From: Trichodesmium erythraeum IMS101 | GTDB lineage: Bacteria > Cyanobacteriota > Cyanobacteriia > Cyanobacteriales > Microcoleaceae | DNA: 32,000 nt | Direction: 5' to 3' | Assembly: GCF_000014265.1 (NCBI RefSeq) | Contig: NC_008312.1 | Location: 7,590,001 to 7,622,000 of the forward strand | Part shown: positions 17,098 to 27,414 of the stretch, in pieces | Layout: each line of letters starts with the position of its first letter | Position numbering within the stretch: position 1 is the stretch's first letter | Position numbers and translations under genes: made by a program | Notes under the pieces: generated by a model | Seen by the model: the letters and a program-made list of their open reading frames with translations, nothing else | What the model was told of the DNA's origin: nothing | Database searches by the model: none

Positions 17098-19413
17098 ATG
17101 ATAGAGATCAAACATGGGATGTATCAAATTAGACCAGCAGCTAGCCAAGAGTTACACTTGCTAATTGTGGAAGACGTTATGGAAGATGTGGAGTTAATCA
17201 TACAGATCTTAAAATCTGATGGTATAAAGTTTACTTACGATTATGATATTGCAAAAAGTTATCTAGACTATCGACAATTGCTTAAAGATAATGTATATGA
17301 TGCAATATTATCAGATTATCATGTAGTTCATTCTGATATCTTTGAAGTGCTAGGATTACTACAACAATCAGAGCAAGAAATTCCTTTAATTTTAATTGCA
17401 GAGGAGTTAGAAGAAAAGGAAGCTTTGAAAGTTTTAAAAGCTGGAGTTAATAGCTATGTTTTAAAAAATAAATTATTTACTTTATCAATTATTTTAGAGC
17501 GGGCGATCGCTGAATATAAATTAAAAAAAGAACAGCAACTGACAATTAAAAAATTAGAACAACAAGTTCAACAGAAAGCCAAAGAAACTGCTATTACTAG
17601 TCAACTAGAGCCGATCAAAATGCTTAAAGATATGCATAATATTACTGAGGGCAAACAAGCAAGAAAAGCAAAGCTAGAAAATGAACGAAGATTGCGTGCT
17701 CTGATAGAAAATACTACAGATTTAACATGGATTATTGATGCTCATGGAACTTCTAGTTATGTCAGTCCATCAGTAATGAAAACTTTGGGGTATGTACCAG
17801 AAGAAGTTGTGAGCCAAAGTATATTCGATCTAATTCACATTAATGATTTATTATTAGTGACTTGCACTATCAATAAAGCAATTAAAAATCCCAATATAAG
17901 TCAAACAGCTATTAAATACCGAGTTAAGAATAGTTCGGGTTCTTGGTGTTTCTTTGAAGGTATTTTAACTAACTTTTTAGACGATCCAGGAGTTAGAGGC
18001 ATCATTATCAACAGTCACGATATTACTCAACGTAAGCTAACTGAAGAACGATGGAAATATAACGTATTCCACGATGCACTAACTCATCTCCCTAACCATG
18101 ACCTGTTTATAGATCGTTTGGAGGAAAAAATCAAGGAAACTAAGTGTCGAAAAAAACTTTTGTTTGCAGTCCTACTGGTAGATATTGATAGATTTAAAGT
18201 TTTGAATAATCGTTTTGGTCATCAAATAACAAACAAACTGATAGTTATGATAGCCAAGAAGTTAAAAACATTGTTGAATCATGGAAATACAGTTGCTCGT
18301 TTGAGTCCAGATGAATTTGGAATTTTGTTAGAAAATATTTCAGATATTAGCGATGCTACGTATATTGCTGATCAAATCAACAAACAGCTAACTTTACCAA
18401 TTATTTTAGATGGAAATGAGATATTTATTAATCCTAGTATCGGTATTGCTGTCGGTTCCAGAAATATCAGTTCAGCAGAACATATTTTGCAAGATGCAGA
18501 AATAGCGATGTACCATGCCAAAAATTTAAGTAGAGGGTCTCATCAAGTTTTTTGTAATTCTATGCGGAGTCAATTTTTACAGCGTGTTCAGTTAGAGAAT
18601 GATTTACAAAGTGCTCTCAACAATATTCAGAGTCAATCACTTAGAAAGCAATCTGAGTTTATACTTTATTATCAACCAATTGTTTCCCTAGCTACAAATG
18701 AGATTACTGGTTTTGAAGCACTGGTACGTTGGCAACATCCAAAACTTGGTTTCATTTCTCCTGATGAATTTATTCCTCTTGCAGAGGAAACAGGATTAAT
18801 TATACCTCTCGGTTTGTGGATATTAAGAGAAGCTTGTTTCCAATTACGTAAATGGCAAAATCAATTGCCGAATAATTATCATTTAAACATTAATGTTAAT
18901 CTTTCTGCGAAGCAGTTTGCTCAAGTAGATTTAATTGATCAAATAGACAAAATTCTGCTAGAAACTCAGCTTGATGGTAAGAGTTTAAAACTGGAAATTA
19001 CTGAAAGTACTTTGATCGAAAATAATGAGTCTATCAGAGGAAAAATGTCTCGGTTAAGAGCGAGGAATATTGATTTATATATTGATGATTTTGGCACGGG
19101 ATATTCTTCTTTCAATTATTTATACAACTTTCCAATGAATACTTTAAAAATTGACCGTTCGTTTATCAATAGAATAGGCCTTACTAATTTAGTAAATAAT
19201 AAGTCAATTAAAACAATAGAAATTCTTCGTTCAATTATTACTTTATCTCATAATTTGGGTATAAACGTTGTTGCTGAGGGGGTAGAAACTCCAGAGCAAG
19301 CACTTCAGCTTCAAGCTTTAAAGTGTGAATATGCTCAAGGTTATTTATTTTCTAAACCCCTTGATATGACTGCAGCAACAGGTTTAGTCGCTCAGATAAA
19401 TAACCAGAAATAA
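17098..19413 (+). CDS. response-regulator receiver - PAS - degenerate GGDEF - EAL protein (probable c-di-GMP phosphodiesterase)
   Basis: 771-aa ORF. REC-like N-terminus (LLIVEDVMEDVELI, AILSDYHV). Coiled region, then PAS (RLRALIENTTDLTWIIDAHG...). The GGDEF domain has SPDEF in place of GGDEF (VARLSPDEFGILL). EAL motifs are intact: FEALVRW, LEITES, DDFGTGYSS, KIDRSF, AEGVET, QGYLFSKP. Confidence 0.9.
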   Translation: MIEIKHGMYQIRPAASQELHLLIVEDVMEDVELIIQILKSDGIKFTYDYDIAKSYLDYRQLLKDNVYDAILSDYHVVHSDIFEVLGLLQQSEQEIPLILIAEELEEKEALKVLKAGVNSYVLKNKLFTLSIILERAIAEYKLKKEQQLTIKKLEQQVQQKAKETAITSQLEPIKMLKDMHNITEGKQARKAKLENERRLRALIENTTDLTWIIDAHGTSSYVSPSVMKTLGYVPEEVVSQSIFDLIHINDLLLVTCTINKAIKNPNISQTAIKYRVKNSSGSWCFFEGILTNFLDDPGVRGIIINSHDITQRKLTEERWKYNVFHDALTHLPNHDLFIDRLEEKIKETKCRKKLLFAVLLVDIDRFKVLNNRFGHQITNKLIVMIAKKLKTLLNHGNTVARLSPDEFGILLENISDISDATYIADQINKQLTLPIILDGNEIFINPSIGIAVGSRNISSAEHILQDAEIAMYHAKNLSRGSHQVFCNSMRSQFLQRVQLENDLQSALNNIQSQSLRKQSEFILYYQPIVSLATNEITGFEALVRWQHPKLGFISPDEFIPLAEETGLIIPLGLWILREACFQLRKWQNQLPNNYHLNINVNLSAKQFAQVDLIDQIDKILLETQLDGKSLKLEITESTLIENNESIRGKMSRLRARNIDLYIDDFGTGYSSFNYLYNFPMNTLKIDRSFINRIGLTNLVNNKSIKTIEILRSIITLSHNLGINVVAEGVETPEQALQLQALKCEYAQGYLFSKPLDMTAATGLVAQINNQK

Positions 19414-19929
19414 GTAATCTCTTTTCTTCATAATCAGGACTTAGGTAAAAGCAATATATGTTGTAGGATTTAATAATTATAATTTTTCTTTATTTGGACT
19501 GCATATGTGTGACCAAGTTTTGTTAGAGAGTTGATTTTGTTAGAGAATTGAATTGCTCTACCAAGTCTTAGAAATAGCCTTTCTGCAAAAATATTTTACC
19601 TGGAGTATTTGCTTGGTGAATATTAGTAATAATTAACATTCGATTATGTAGCAGCTATTTCCCCACTATAATAATGTCCTGCTCACTTCATACATACTAC
19701 AATACATCCTTTTGTATTTATCGGGTTATTCTTTTATCTTCAAAATAGCAGCTCCCGTATCAATATATTTTCCTTATTGCTTATTATTTGCCCGGAGAAC
19801 TATAAATTAAAAAACTGCTTAGAACCAGGTCAATAAATTTGTAAAAAAACAAGTTTCATGTCTTATCTTGCCTAGTTCTAGCAAATAGTTACCAACCCAC
19901 TAAATCCTTTGTAATGACTTAATAATAAG

Positions 19930-20943
19930 TTATATTGTTATCCAAATACCTTCATTATGACTAGAATAATTTGCTTTCTCAATTATATCAAGAACTAGAC
20001 CAGCTTCGATTAATGGGAATGGTTTAGTGTCTTCAGTCTTAATACAATCTAATAAATTATCAATCAATCCATTAAACCAATTTGCATGACCAGGATTGTC
20101 AAAATGTGTAGGTACAAAAATCTGTTGAACAGGCTGATTTTTCACGCTTAAAAATATATCGTTATTTTCGATACTAATTTCTCCTTCTGTTCCCTGAATT
20201 CTGTAATAAGCTTTTGGTGTTGATCCTAAAGAGCTAACACTAATGTTAATTAATTTTTCCTCCCAATCTAAACAAAAAACAGCTAAGTCTTCTAATTTAT
20301 TATGTGTTTGATTGAGATTTTTAATATGTGCAGATATGCGTTGAGGAGAACCTCCAAATAGAGTTTGAGCAACAGAAATTGCATCTAAACCATGGTCAAT
20401 CATAATACCATCACCAGATAGTTCTTGATTTTCTTCCAAGCCTGGTTTGTACTGGGATACCTCACTTTGCAAATCTGCACCAAATATATTAAAAGACGCA
20501 AATAAAGGTTTGCCTATTTTACCCGAGTTAATTAAGTAAGCAGCATGTACTATTGAAGGAGCAAATTTATAATTATGACATGGATATAAAATACGTTTTC
20601 TGTTATTTGCTATATTTACTAATTCAGAGTATTCATCTTTCTTTAATACTAATGGTTTCTCGCATAAGACGTGTTTATCTGCTTCTAATGCTTGTTTAGC
20701 ACTTTGGAGATGAAAAGCATTAGGCAAACAAATATCAACTATATCTATTTCATCAGAGTTTTCTTCTAGTAAATCATCAAATTTCTCATAAACTCGGATG
20801 TTTGGGTATTGTCGCAGTGCAGCTGCACGTCTTGCTGTTACAGGATCTACTACTGCTGTGAGATGAATATCAGAACGATTCTTGTAAGCTGGTAAGTGGC
20901 TTTTCTCAGCACTAAATCCAAAACCAACAATAGCTATTTTCAC
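19930..20943 (-). CDS. Gfo/Idh/MocA family oxidoreductase
   Basis: 337-aa ORF. N-terminal Rossmann motif MKIAIVGFGFSAEKSHLPAY. The hallmark DIVDICLPNAFHLQSAKQALEADKHVLCEKP is present. Confidence 0.85.
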   Translation of the reverse strand: MKIAIVGFGFSAEKSHLPAYKNRSDIHLTAVVDPVTARRAAALRQYPNIRVYEKFDDLLEENSDEIDIVDICLPNAFHLQSAKQALEADKHVLCEKPLVLKKDEYSELVNIANNRKRILYPCHNYKFAPSIVHAAYLINSGKIGKPLFASFNIFGADLQSEVSQYKPGLEENQELSGDGIMIDHGLDAISVAQTLFGGSPQRISAHIKNLNQTHNKLEDLAVFCLDWEEKLINISVSSLGSTPKAYYRIQGTEGEISIENNDIFLSVKNQPVQQIFVPTHFDNPGHANWFNGLIDNLLDCIKTEDTKPFPLIEAGLVLDIIEKANYSSHNEGIWITI

Positions 20944-22358
20944 AATCTAAGATCCTCTTAACTATATGAGTTTTTAACATTTTTTAACAAAAGTTATAAT
21001 TTTTGTCAAGTCTAGTTCAATAATTAGTTAAGCTTATAGGTCTATAAATTTGATTACTAGAAATATAGAAGCTTTCAGTTATTAAATAGTCTTGCAAACA
21101 AAATAAATTTCTGATCAGAGTTTTCCTATTTTTTTTATCTAAGCTAATCTTAAAAAACCAGATGATTTTAACATGATTTGATTTTATCAAATAAATTAAG
21201 CCTGATGAAAATTATAATTTCCCACACCGGAATGTGAGATTTTTACTACTTACTTAAAAAGCCCTGCTTTTACACCTGTTCCGAGATTAATTTTTATCCC
21301 ATAAATTTTCTGATTTCATGAGGTAATGGATAAGATAGTTAATAGATATGTTCAGGGAAATTATGTACCAATTGTACCTGAATTATTTTGGCGTTAAAAA
21401 CTATAAATTTAAATGTAAAACCAATCTAAATATAACTAAAAAAACATTTAAAATTAATCTATTTTTGATAAAATTAAATAGTTAATAAATAATTTAATTT
21501 TTATTATTAAGAATCTCAAATAATTACTATAATTATCTCCATAATTTTCAATTTATCTTTTGGTTTAAGAGGTAAAATTGCTGATTTTAGAGAGAATTGT
21601 TCCCTAGCAAGATGTAATGTTAGTGATTATGGAGTTTGGATGAAAAAAATATTGATGAAGCAGCTAATATCCAACATCCATTAATGCTTAATATTGCAAA
21701 AAAAAATGATTATATTTATCCATAAATTAAAACTCATTTCAAAGTATAATTAAGGGATTTTCCACTAGTATAAATACATTTTTATCCAAATATTAATTAT
21801 GTTTTACATCGGATAGGTGGAAAAGATTATGACTTAGAAGCAGCTAATCTTGCTCATAGTCGCATTATGAATTTTTCTAAAATATTTTGGTTAGATTTTT
21901 TGTCAGGAAAAAGAAAGACTAAATCTTGAAGACCAAAGTTGGAGTAAATTTTGAAAAAATGACTAAGGTTAGCTGATCAACTTTTTCCTTCTTGGGTTAT
22001 GCTATAAAACATAACATTTAATTTTCCTTGGAGACTAATTTTTTATTCCAAGATCATGAGTTCATGATTCATAGTTGAGTGGTGAAGTTCCCACCCAGGA
22101 AGCTAGCTGATAGCTTTTAGCTGAATACTTCAAATAACCGAAGTTAAGGTAGATAATAAATTGTAAAGGGAATATAGGTAAGCAAACTAATTAATGAGTC
22201 TGACAATGAACAATATATAAAAACCATTTATAATCATAATTTCCAGGACTTCCCAAGTATACTTGCAGAACTTTTTTCTTAAAATCCATTACTGGCACTC
22301 AATAAGTATATATAAGTTTATAAAATGTTTGTAGTGTTATACATATAGATTATAGTCC

Positions 22359-22811
22359 ATGAAAATTTTATCATTAACTTCTATTTTTACTGCCACAATA
22401 ATTGGTTTTTTAAATCTCTCTATCAGTAACCTTTCTGCTAAGGCTCAAACTCCTAATTTTTTTTGTGGTAAAATTGGGAATACTCCAGCTACAATAGCTA
22501 ATAAACAAGGTAATAATATTCCGATTATTCTCTGGAGCGCTAATAATTATTTTGCTCAATCAGGAGAAGATACTCTTACCAGATGTACCAGAGTATCTGG
22601 AATTTTATCTACTCAAAAACAAAATGGATATAGGAATATTACTGTTAGTATATACAAACAGGGACAACCCATTATTTGTGCTGCTATAGGTGGTTCTTGT
22701 CGATTATTATATCAAGTTCCTCATGGTCAAAATCCTCAACAAGCTCAACAAGAATTATTGAAAAGAATTGTTGATCCTAAACCAAATTTACTACCCATTA
22801 ATATTCATTAA
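22359..22811 (+). CDS. COP23 (circadian oscillating protein 23)-family secreted protein
   Basis: 150-aa ORF with a signal peptide (MKILSLTSIFTATIIGFLNLSISNLSAKA). Family-like pattern FFCGKIGNTPATIANKQGNNIPIILWSANNYFAQSGEDTLTRCTRVSG with conserved Cys spacing. Confidence 0.7.
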   Translation: MKILSLTSIFTATIIGFLNLSISNLSAKAQTPNFFCGKIGNTPATIANKQGNNIPIILWSANNYFAQSGEDTLTRCTRVSGILSTQKQNGYRNITVSIYKQGQPIICAAIGGSCRLLYQVPHGQNPQQAQQELLKRIVDPKPNLLPINIH

Positions 22812-23118
22812 TATAACAAATAGTACCTATTTTATTCATTAATTGTATACTTAGGTAATATTTCAGTTATTAAGTCATTAATACTAGATAAGTTACCTTC
22901 AATGTAATTAGATTGCATTGCAATATTAATTATTCTTCTGATGCTAGGCATCTTACATACTTCCCTACTTTCAAAATGGTACAAGAAGTAAAAAGGTAAG
23001 AGAGAATCAGGAATAAATATTGAATAAAAAAAGACAAGAATGATAGCTATAAAGGCTCTGTAATGTTTTAACTAACCATGAAGTGAAGATATTTTATTCC
23101 TAAAAACCCTAATCCCTA

Positions 23119-25794
23119 CTACCTACTATTCTGACAAAATTCTTCTACCCTCATAAAATAGTTTGGTCTTTTTAATAAAAACCTACATCCTTTACTCAAA
23201 AGCTCCTCTAAATTTTCCAAATAAATCAACCAAATTTGACCGTTACTATCAGCTACAGCAATTTTTTTTCCATCTGAACTAAAGGCTATATCAATTACAT
23301 TTTCGGAAAATTCAAATTGGTTAATTTGTCGCCCTGATAAATTCCAAAGTCTTACAATACTATCAATTCCAACAGTAGCTATTAATCTTCCATCAGGACT
23401 AAAATTAACTAGCTTAGTATCTAAATGTAAACTTTGAAAATTATTGACTAATCTCCCAGTATAAGTCTGCCACATTTCTACTATTCCATTTGACGTTGCT
23501 GTTAGTAATATCTGAGGTTTATTAATGCTAAAATTCATACTAATAGCTTCTACATCTAGGATTTTAAATTTATTTTCAGATAAATTCCATAATCTAATAG
23601 TAGATTTCCCATCTAATGTAGCTAGAAAATTATCATTAGGGCTAAAATGAATGTTTCTAATTAAACCATGATCATCCAAAACTTGATCAGATGATATATT
23701 TATCGGCAGCGATGATAAGTTCCAAATTTGTACAGGAATATTTATGCCAGCAGTTGCTAAATACTTACCATTAGCACTAAAACTAATACTATTAACTTCA
23801 GTTTGAGATATTTCTAATACATATAATTTTATCCCTAAATTTTTCTTTAATAGACTCCATATTTTTACTGTGCCGTTACTACCAGCAGTTGCTAAATATT
23901 TATTATCAGGATGAAAAATTAGACTATTAATTGATTTTTGTTCTGTTTCCCATTCTGTAATTTTTTTGCCTTCCAGATTCCAAATAATTACTTTTCCATC
24001 TACTCCTGCTGAAGCTAAAAATTCTTGATTTGGACTAAATTTTACACTGGTAACTGCACCATTATGCCCTTGCAAAATAATTTTTCTTTTCTGAAGTATA
24101 CTATCTTGAAATTGTTCTTGTTCGTCAAGTTTATCAAGAATCATTTGTAAAGCTAATATTGGTCGAGTCCCAGGATATTCTGCTAGAGGAGTATTGTTAT
24201 TTACTAAAGATTTTAATCTTTTTCCTGCAGATATAGCTTTGGGTAAAGCTTCTAATAATTCCTGATTTGTTGCTGACTTTTCGATAGCTAATAATAAAGC
24301 GTCAGTGCCAATTTGTTCAATTTCATGACTAGATTGTGCTAGTTTAAATTTTTGATAGGCTAATATAGAAAAACCTATGGATAAAATCAAAGATATGCTA
24401 AAAATAGTGGAGCCTATTTGAATCCAAAGTTGAGCTTTTTGTTGTGCTTTTACAACTTCTGCTTGAGCTTTTTTAGTTTCAATTTTTGTTAATTCTAGAG
24501 CTTGTGTCTGAGCATCTAATACTAATTTTTGGCTAGTAGTCAAAAATTGGAAATCTTGATTTCTTAAACTTTTTCCTGTTGCCCAAACTAAAGCTGATTG
24601 TAAATGTTTTCCTTGCAATAGATATGATTTATCTGCACAGTTAGAATTAATCCATGCTTTAATTTCTTCTGAATAGGGAGGTAATTTTTCCAATTCTTCA
24701 AGAATCATATTTTCATGAAAAACAGTCCTATATATTAGATTAGCAACTATTAACTTATTATCTCGTTTAACTACTAATCCAGATAACCTAAGTTCCATTT
24801 GTTCTGAACTATTATCTGCTATTATTCCAGTCAAGTTATTCTGTAAAATTTCTTGATATAACCCTAATCTTCTGACTATTCGTTTATTCTTTCTTAAAAT
24901 GCGGTTGCGAATAGTCTTTAAATGTTCTGGCATGTCTTGTGCTTCCCAATTATGAACAATTTTTGACCTAACAATTCCTGCTACTTCTTCCGCTGGGTTA
25001 ATAATTAACTCTCCATTTTCAATTAAGAGTTTACAGACTTTTTGAGTTAAAAATGGTTGCCCTCCAGTCCAAAGTAAAACCTCTTTTAAAACTGCTTCTG
25101 GTTTCTGACAAATTCCCACTAGTCCATCTATTAATGAGAAAGCTTCATCTAATTGAAAGCCAGTTAATTCAATTGCTCTTCCAATATTAAAAGGTGTACT
25201 ACTTTTATCCTGACATAAATCTTGAGGTGTACTAACTCCTAACAAAGCAAAAGTTAGACGATTATATTCATTATTATGAGCACGTTTGTTGTAACAAGCT
25301 CGAATAAATCCTAAAAAATCATCGACTGGAAAATCTAGGGCTAGAATACTATCAATTTCATCAATAAAAATTACAATATTCTGATTTATTTTTGTTAGTA
25401 ATACAGTGTTAATAAATTCACTTAATCTTTGCACGGGGGCAAGATAATCTCGCTCTCGCCACCAAGTACGAATATTTACATATTCTGACAGATTAAAATT
25501 ATTTTCTAATATCCGCAGAATACCTGCATACCACTGTTCGATGGTTACTCCCCGATTACCTATTTCTGAAATGTCGATTGCTGCACAACAAATACCTTGT
25601 TTTTGTAATCTTTGAATTGTTCTAACTTGCAAACTAGATTTTCCCATTTGACGAGAATTAAGAACATAACAAAACTCACCTGCTTTCAGACCTTCATAAA
25701 AGTATTCATCTGCTCGTCTTTGAACATAATTCGGTGCATTTATAGGAAGACAACCACCAACTTGATAATAAGATTTTTGCCTTGAAGTGTTCAT
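23119..25794 (-). CDS. AAA_35 (AAA-like domain) NTPase - coiled coil - TM helix - 7-bladed WD40 protein
   Basis: 891-aa ORF. The N-terminus matches the cyanobacterial AAA-like domain almost motif for motif: [109 protein letters not shown]. Then a coiled coil ([23 protein letters not shown]), a TM helix ([25 protein letters not shown]), a helical spacer and seven WD repeats (IIWNL, KIWSL, QIWNL, RLWNL, EMWQT, RLWNL, IWLIYL). Confidence 0.9.
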   Translation of the reverse strand: MNTSRQKSYYQVGGCLPINAPNYVQRRADEYFYEGLKAGEFCYVLNSRQMGKSSLQVRTIQRLQKQGICCAAIDISEIGNRGVTIEQWYAGILRILENNFNLSEYVNIRTWWRERDYLAPVQRLSEFINTVLLTKINQNIVIFIDEIDSILALDFPVDDFLGFIRACYNKRAHNNEYNRLTFALLGVSTPQDLCQDKSSTPFNIGRAIELTGFQLDEAFSLIDGLVGICQKPEAVLKEVLLWTGGQPFLTQKVCKLLIENGELIINPAEEVAGIVRSKIVHNWEAQDMPEHLKTIRNRILRKNKRIVRRLGLYQEILQNNLTGIIADNSSEQMELRLSGLVVKRDNKLIVANLIYRTVFHENMILEELEKLPPYSEEIKAWINSNCADKSYLLQGKHLQSALVWATGKSLRNQDFQFLTTSQKLVLDAQTQALELTKIETKKAQAEVVKAQQKAQLWIQIGSTIFSISLILSIGFSILAYQKFKLAQSSHEIEQIGTDALLLAIEKSATNQELLEALPKAISAGKRLKSLVNNNTPLAEYPGTRPILALQMILDKLDEQEQFQDSILQKRKIILQGHNGAVTSVKFSPNQEFLASAGVDGKVIIWNLEGKKITEWETEQKSINSLIFHPDNKYLATAGSNGTVKIWSLLKKNLGIKLYVLEISQTEVNSISFSANGKYLATAGINIPVQIWNLSSLPINISSDQVLDDHGLIRNIHFSPNDNFLATLDGKSTIRLWNLSENKFKILDVEAISMNFSINKPQILLTATSNGIVEMWQTYTGRLVNNFQSLHLDTKLVNFSPDGRLIATVGIDSIVRLWNLSGRQINQFEFSENVIDIAFSSDGKKIAVADSNGQIWLIYLENLEELLSKGCRFLLKRPNYFMRVEEFCQNSR

Positions 25795-26498
25795 ATTATA
25801 GAAGTATTTATTGCCTAAATGAATAGTTATTTATATGATACTAATTAATAATAGTTTTGATAGTAAATTCTGATGATTGATAAACCAATATATTTTAGTA
25901 ATAGATTCTTTTTTAAAGTTCTGGAATTTGAAAGGCTTATGATTTTGCTTCTATACCAGAATAGTTTTGGTTTTATCTAAATCCTATTACATTTAACCTT
26001 TGCCAATAACTTTTGATAAAAAGCAGCGATCGCTTTTTTCTGCTTGACTAAATTTATAAGTAAATATTTATAGAATTATTTAATTAACATATTGTATATT
26101 CTAGCTAACTTTTGTAAAGATTATGTAATAATTTGATAGTTGAAATACATTCATGCTTGACCTACCGTAATATTATCTGAGGCTAGCAAATATATATTAA
26201 GGGTTACCCCTGAAAAAGTCTGTCATTTTGTATATACTGATTAAGCTTAATTTATTTAGATAACTTGATTTATTTAAACCGATATGATAAAGTATTTGAA
26301 AGTAAATATATAAACCATTAAACCGTTAACACAATTGATGTAGATAAAAAATAATTTTAAGTTGTAACGGTTGATATGGACTTTACAGGGTCATCTACGT
26401 GAGGAAAGTGATCGATTATTTCCACTAGTGAAAGTTAGTCTTATTACTTTCTAATGTTGAATTGTTGATATTTCATACCCCTGATAAAGTAGAAAAAG

Positions 26499-26936
26499 AT
26501 GCCTAAAAAAGCCTATCTCAAATCCTACTTGAGTGAGACAGAAATCAAAAACCGCTATCTCCAAATTAGAGATAGGGTTGAATCTCGGCGCTGGCACCTG
26601 CTGTGGTTAGTGTCTCAAAACTGGACTATTAAAGAAGCAGCTCAAGCTTTGGGTCTTAACTATGATTATGCTAAGGATATAGTTAAAAACTATAATCAAA
26701 AAGGGCCCGAGGGTATTTTGAACCGACGGAAAACCCGAAAGTTTTACCCTTCTCATGCTTTACTGACTCAAGAACAACAAGAACAATTACGCATAGTACT
26801 GAAAAGTCCACCTCAAGACCAAGCAGTATGGACAGGGCCAAAAGTAGCAGAATGGATTGCTAAGACAATTGGACGCGATCGCGTTTCTCCCCAGCGTGGC
26901 TGGGAATATATGAAAAAATGTAGTTCAAATGTCTGA
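26499..26936 (+). CDS. IS630-family-like transposase N-terminal HTH/winged-helix fragment (no DDE domain)
   Basis: 145-aa ORF: RRWHLLWLVSQNWTIKEAAQALGLNYDYAKDIVKNYNQKGPEGILNRRK and WTGPKVAEWIAKTIGRDRVSPQRGWEYMKKC. It stops just where full-length relatives continue into the catalytic domain. An A6 run lies at 26913-26918. Nothing transposase-like follows. Confidence 0.55.
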   Translation: MPKKAYLKSYLSETEIKNRYLQIRDRVESRRWHLLWLVSQNWTIKEAAQALGLNYDYAKDIVKNYNQKGPEGILNRRKTRKFYPSHALLTQEQQEQLRIVLKSPPQDQAVWTGPKVAEWIAKTIGRDRVSPQRGWEYMKKCSSNV

Positions 26937-27414
26937 TATAGGCTTAAAGAGTCAGCTATCAACTATCAGCTGAGTCCCAAACTATTAAACCTCTCTAAAA
27001 ATACCGATTTTAAGGATATATTAAGGACTTAAGAACCTGTTGGAGGAGAAGTATAATGGTTGTAAAGGATTTCAATTCTATCAATGTCTAATATTGTATT
27101 GCTATGAATAAATATTAACAGAATAAACATTAACGAAAAATTTGGTTTGCAGCTTTGCCCATAAGGGAGTGACTTTTTAGTTGTTTTTTTTGAATATATA
27201 TCTTGTCCTAAATTTTCATTAATTAGTTGCCCTAGGAGAGTCCGAAACAAAAAACGGACGCGAAGACTAGCACAAACCACCCCAACCAACCCCCAAGAGG
27301 GTTGGCAAATTTCCAATGCTTTTCAGTTATATCACTAGGCGTTTTCGGCTATTGTCGAGATGAAACCCTAGGCTACATGAAATGCGGTAAGGATATAGTT
27401 TAAAGATGGTCACA

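Noticed and set aside
27029-27316. 95-aa minus-strand ORF between the IS630-like fragment and the NACHT gene
   Set aside because: It has no family resemblance. The region contains a CCAACCC-ccaaga-GGGTTGG hairpin (about 27280-27300) and looks like non-coding or element debris.
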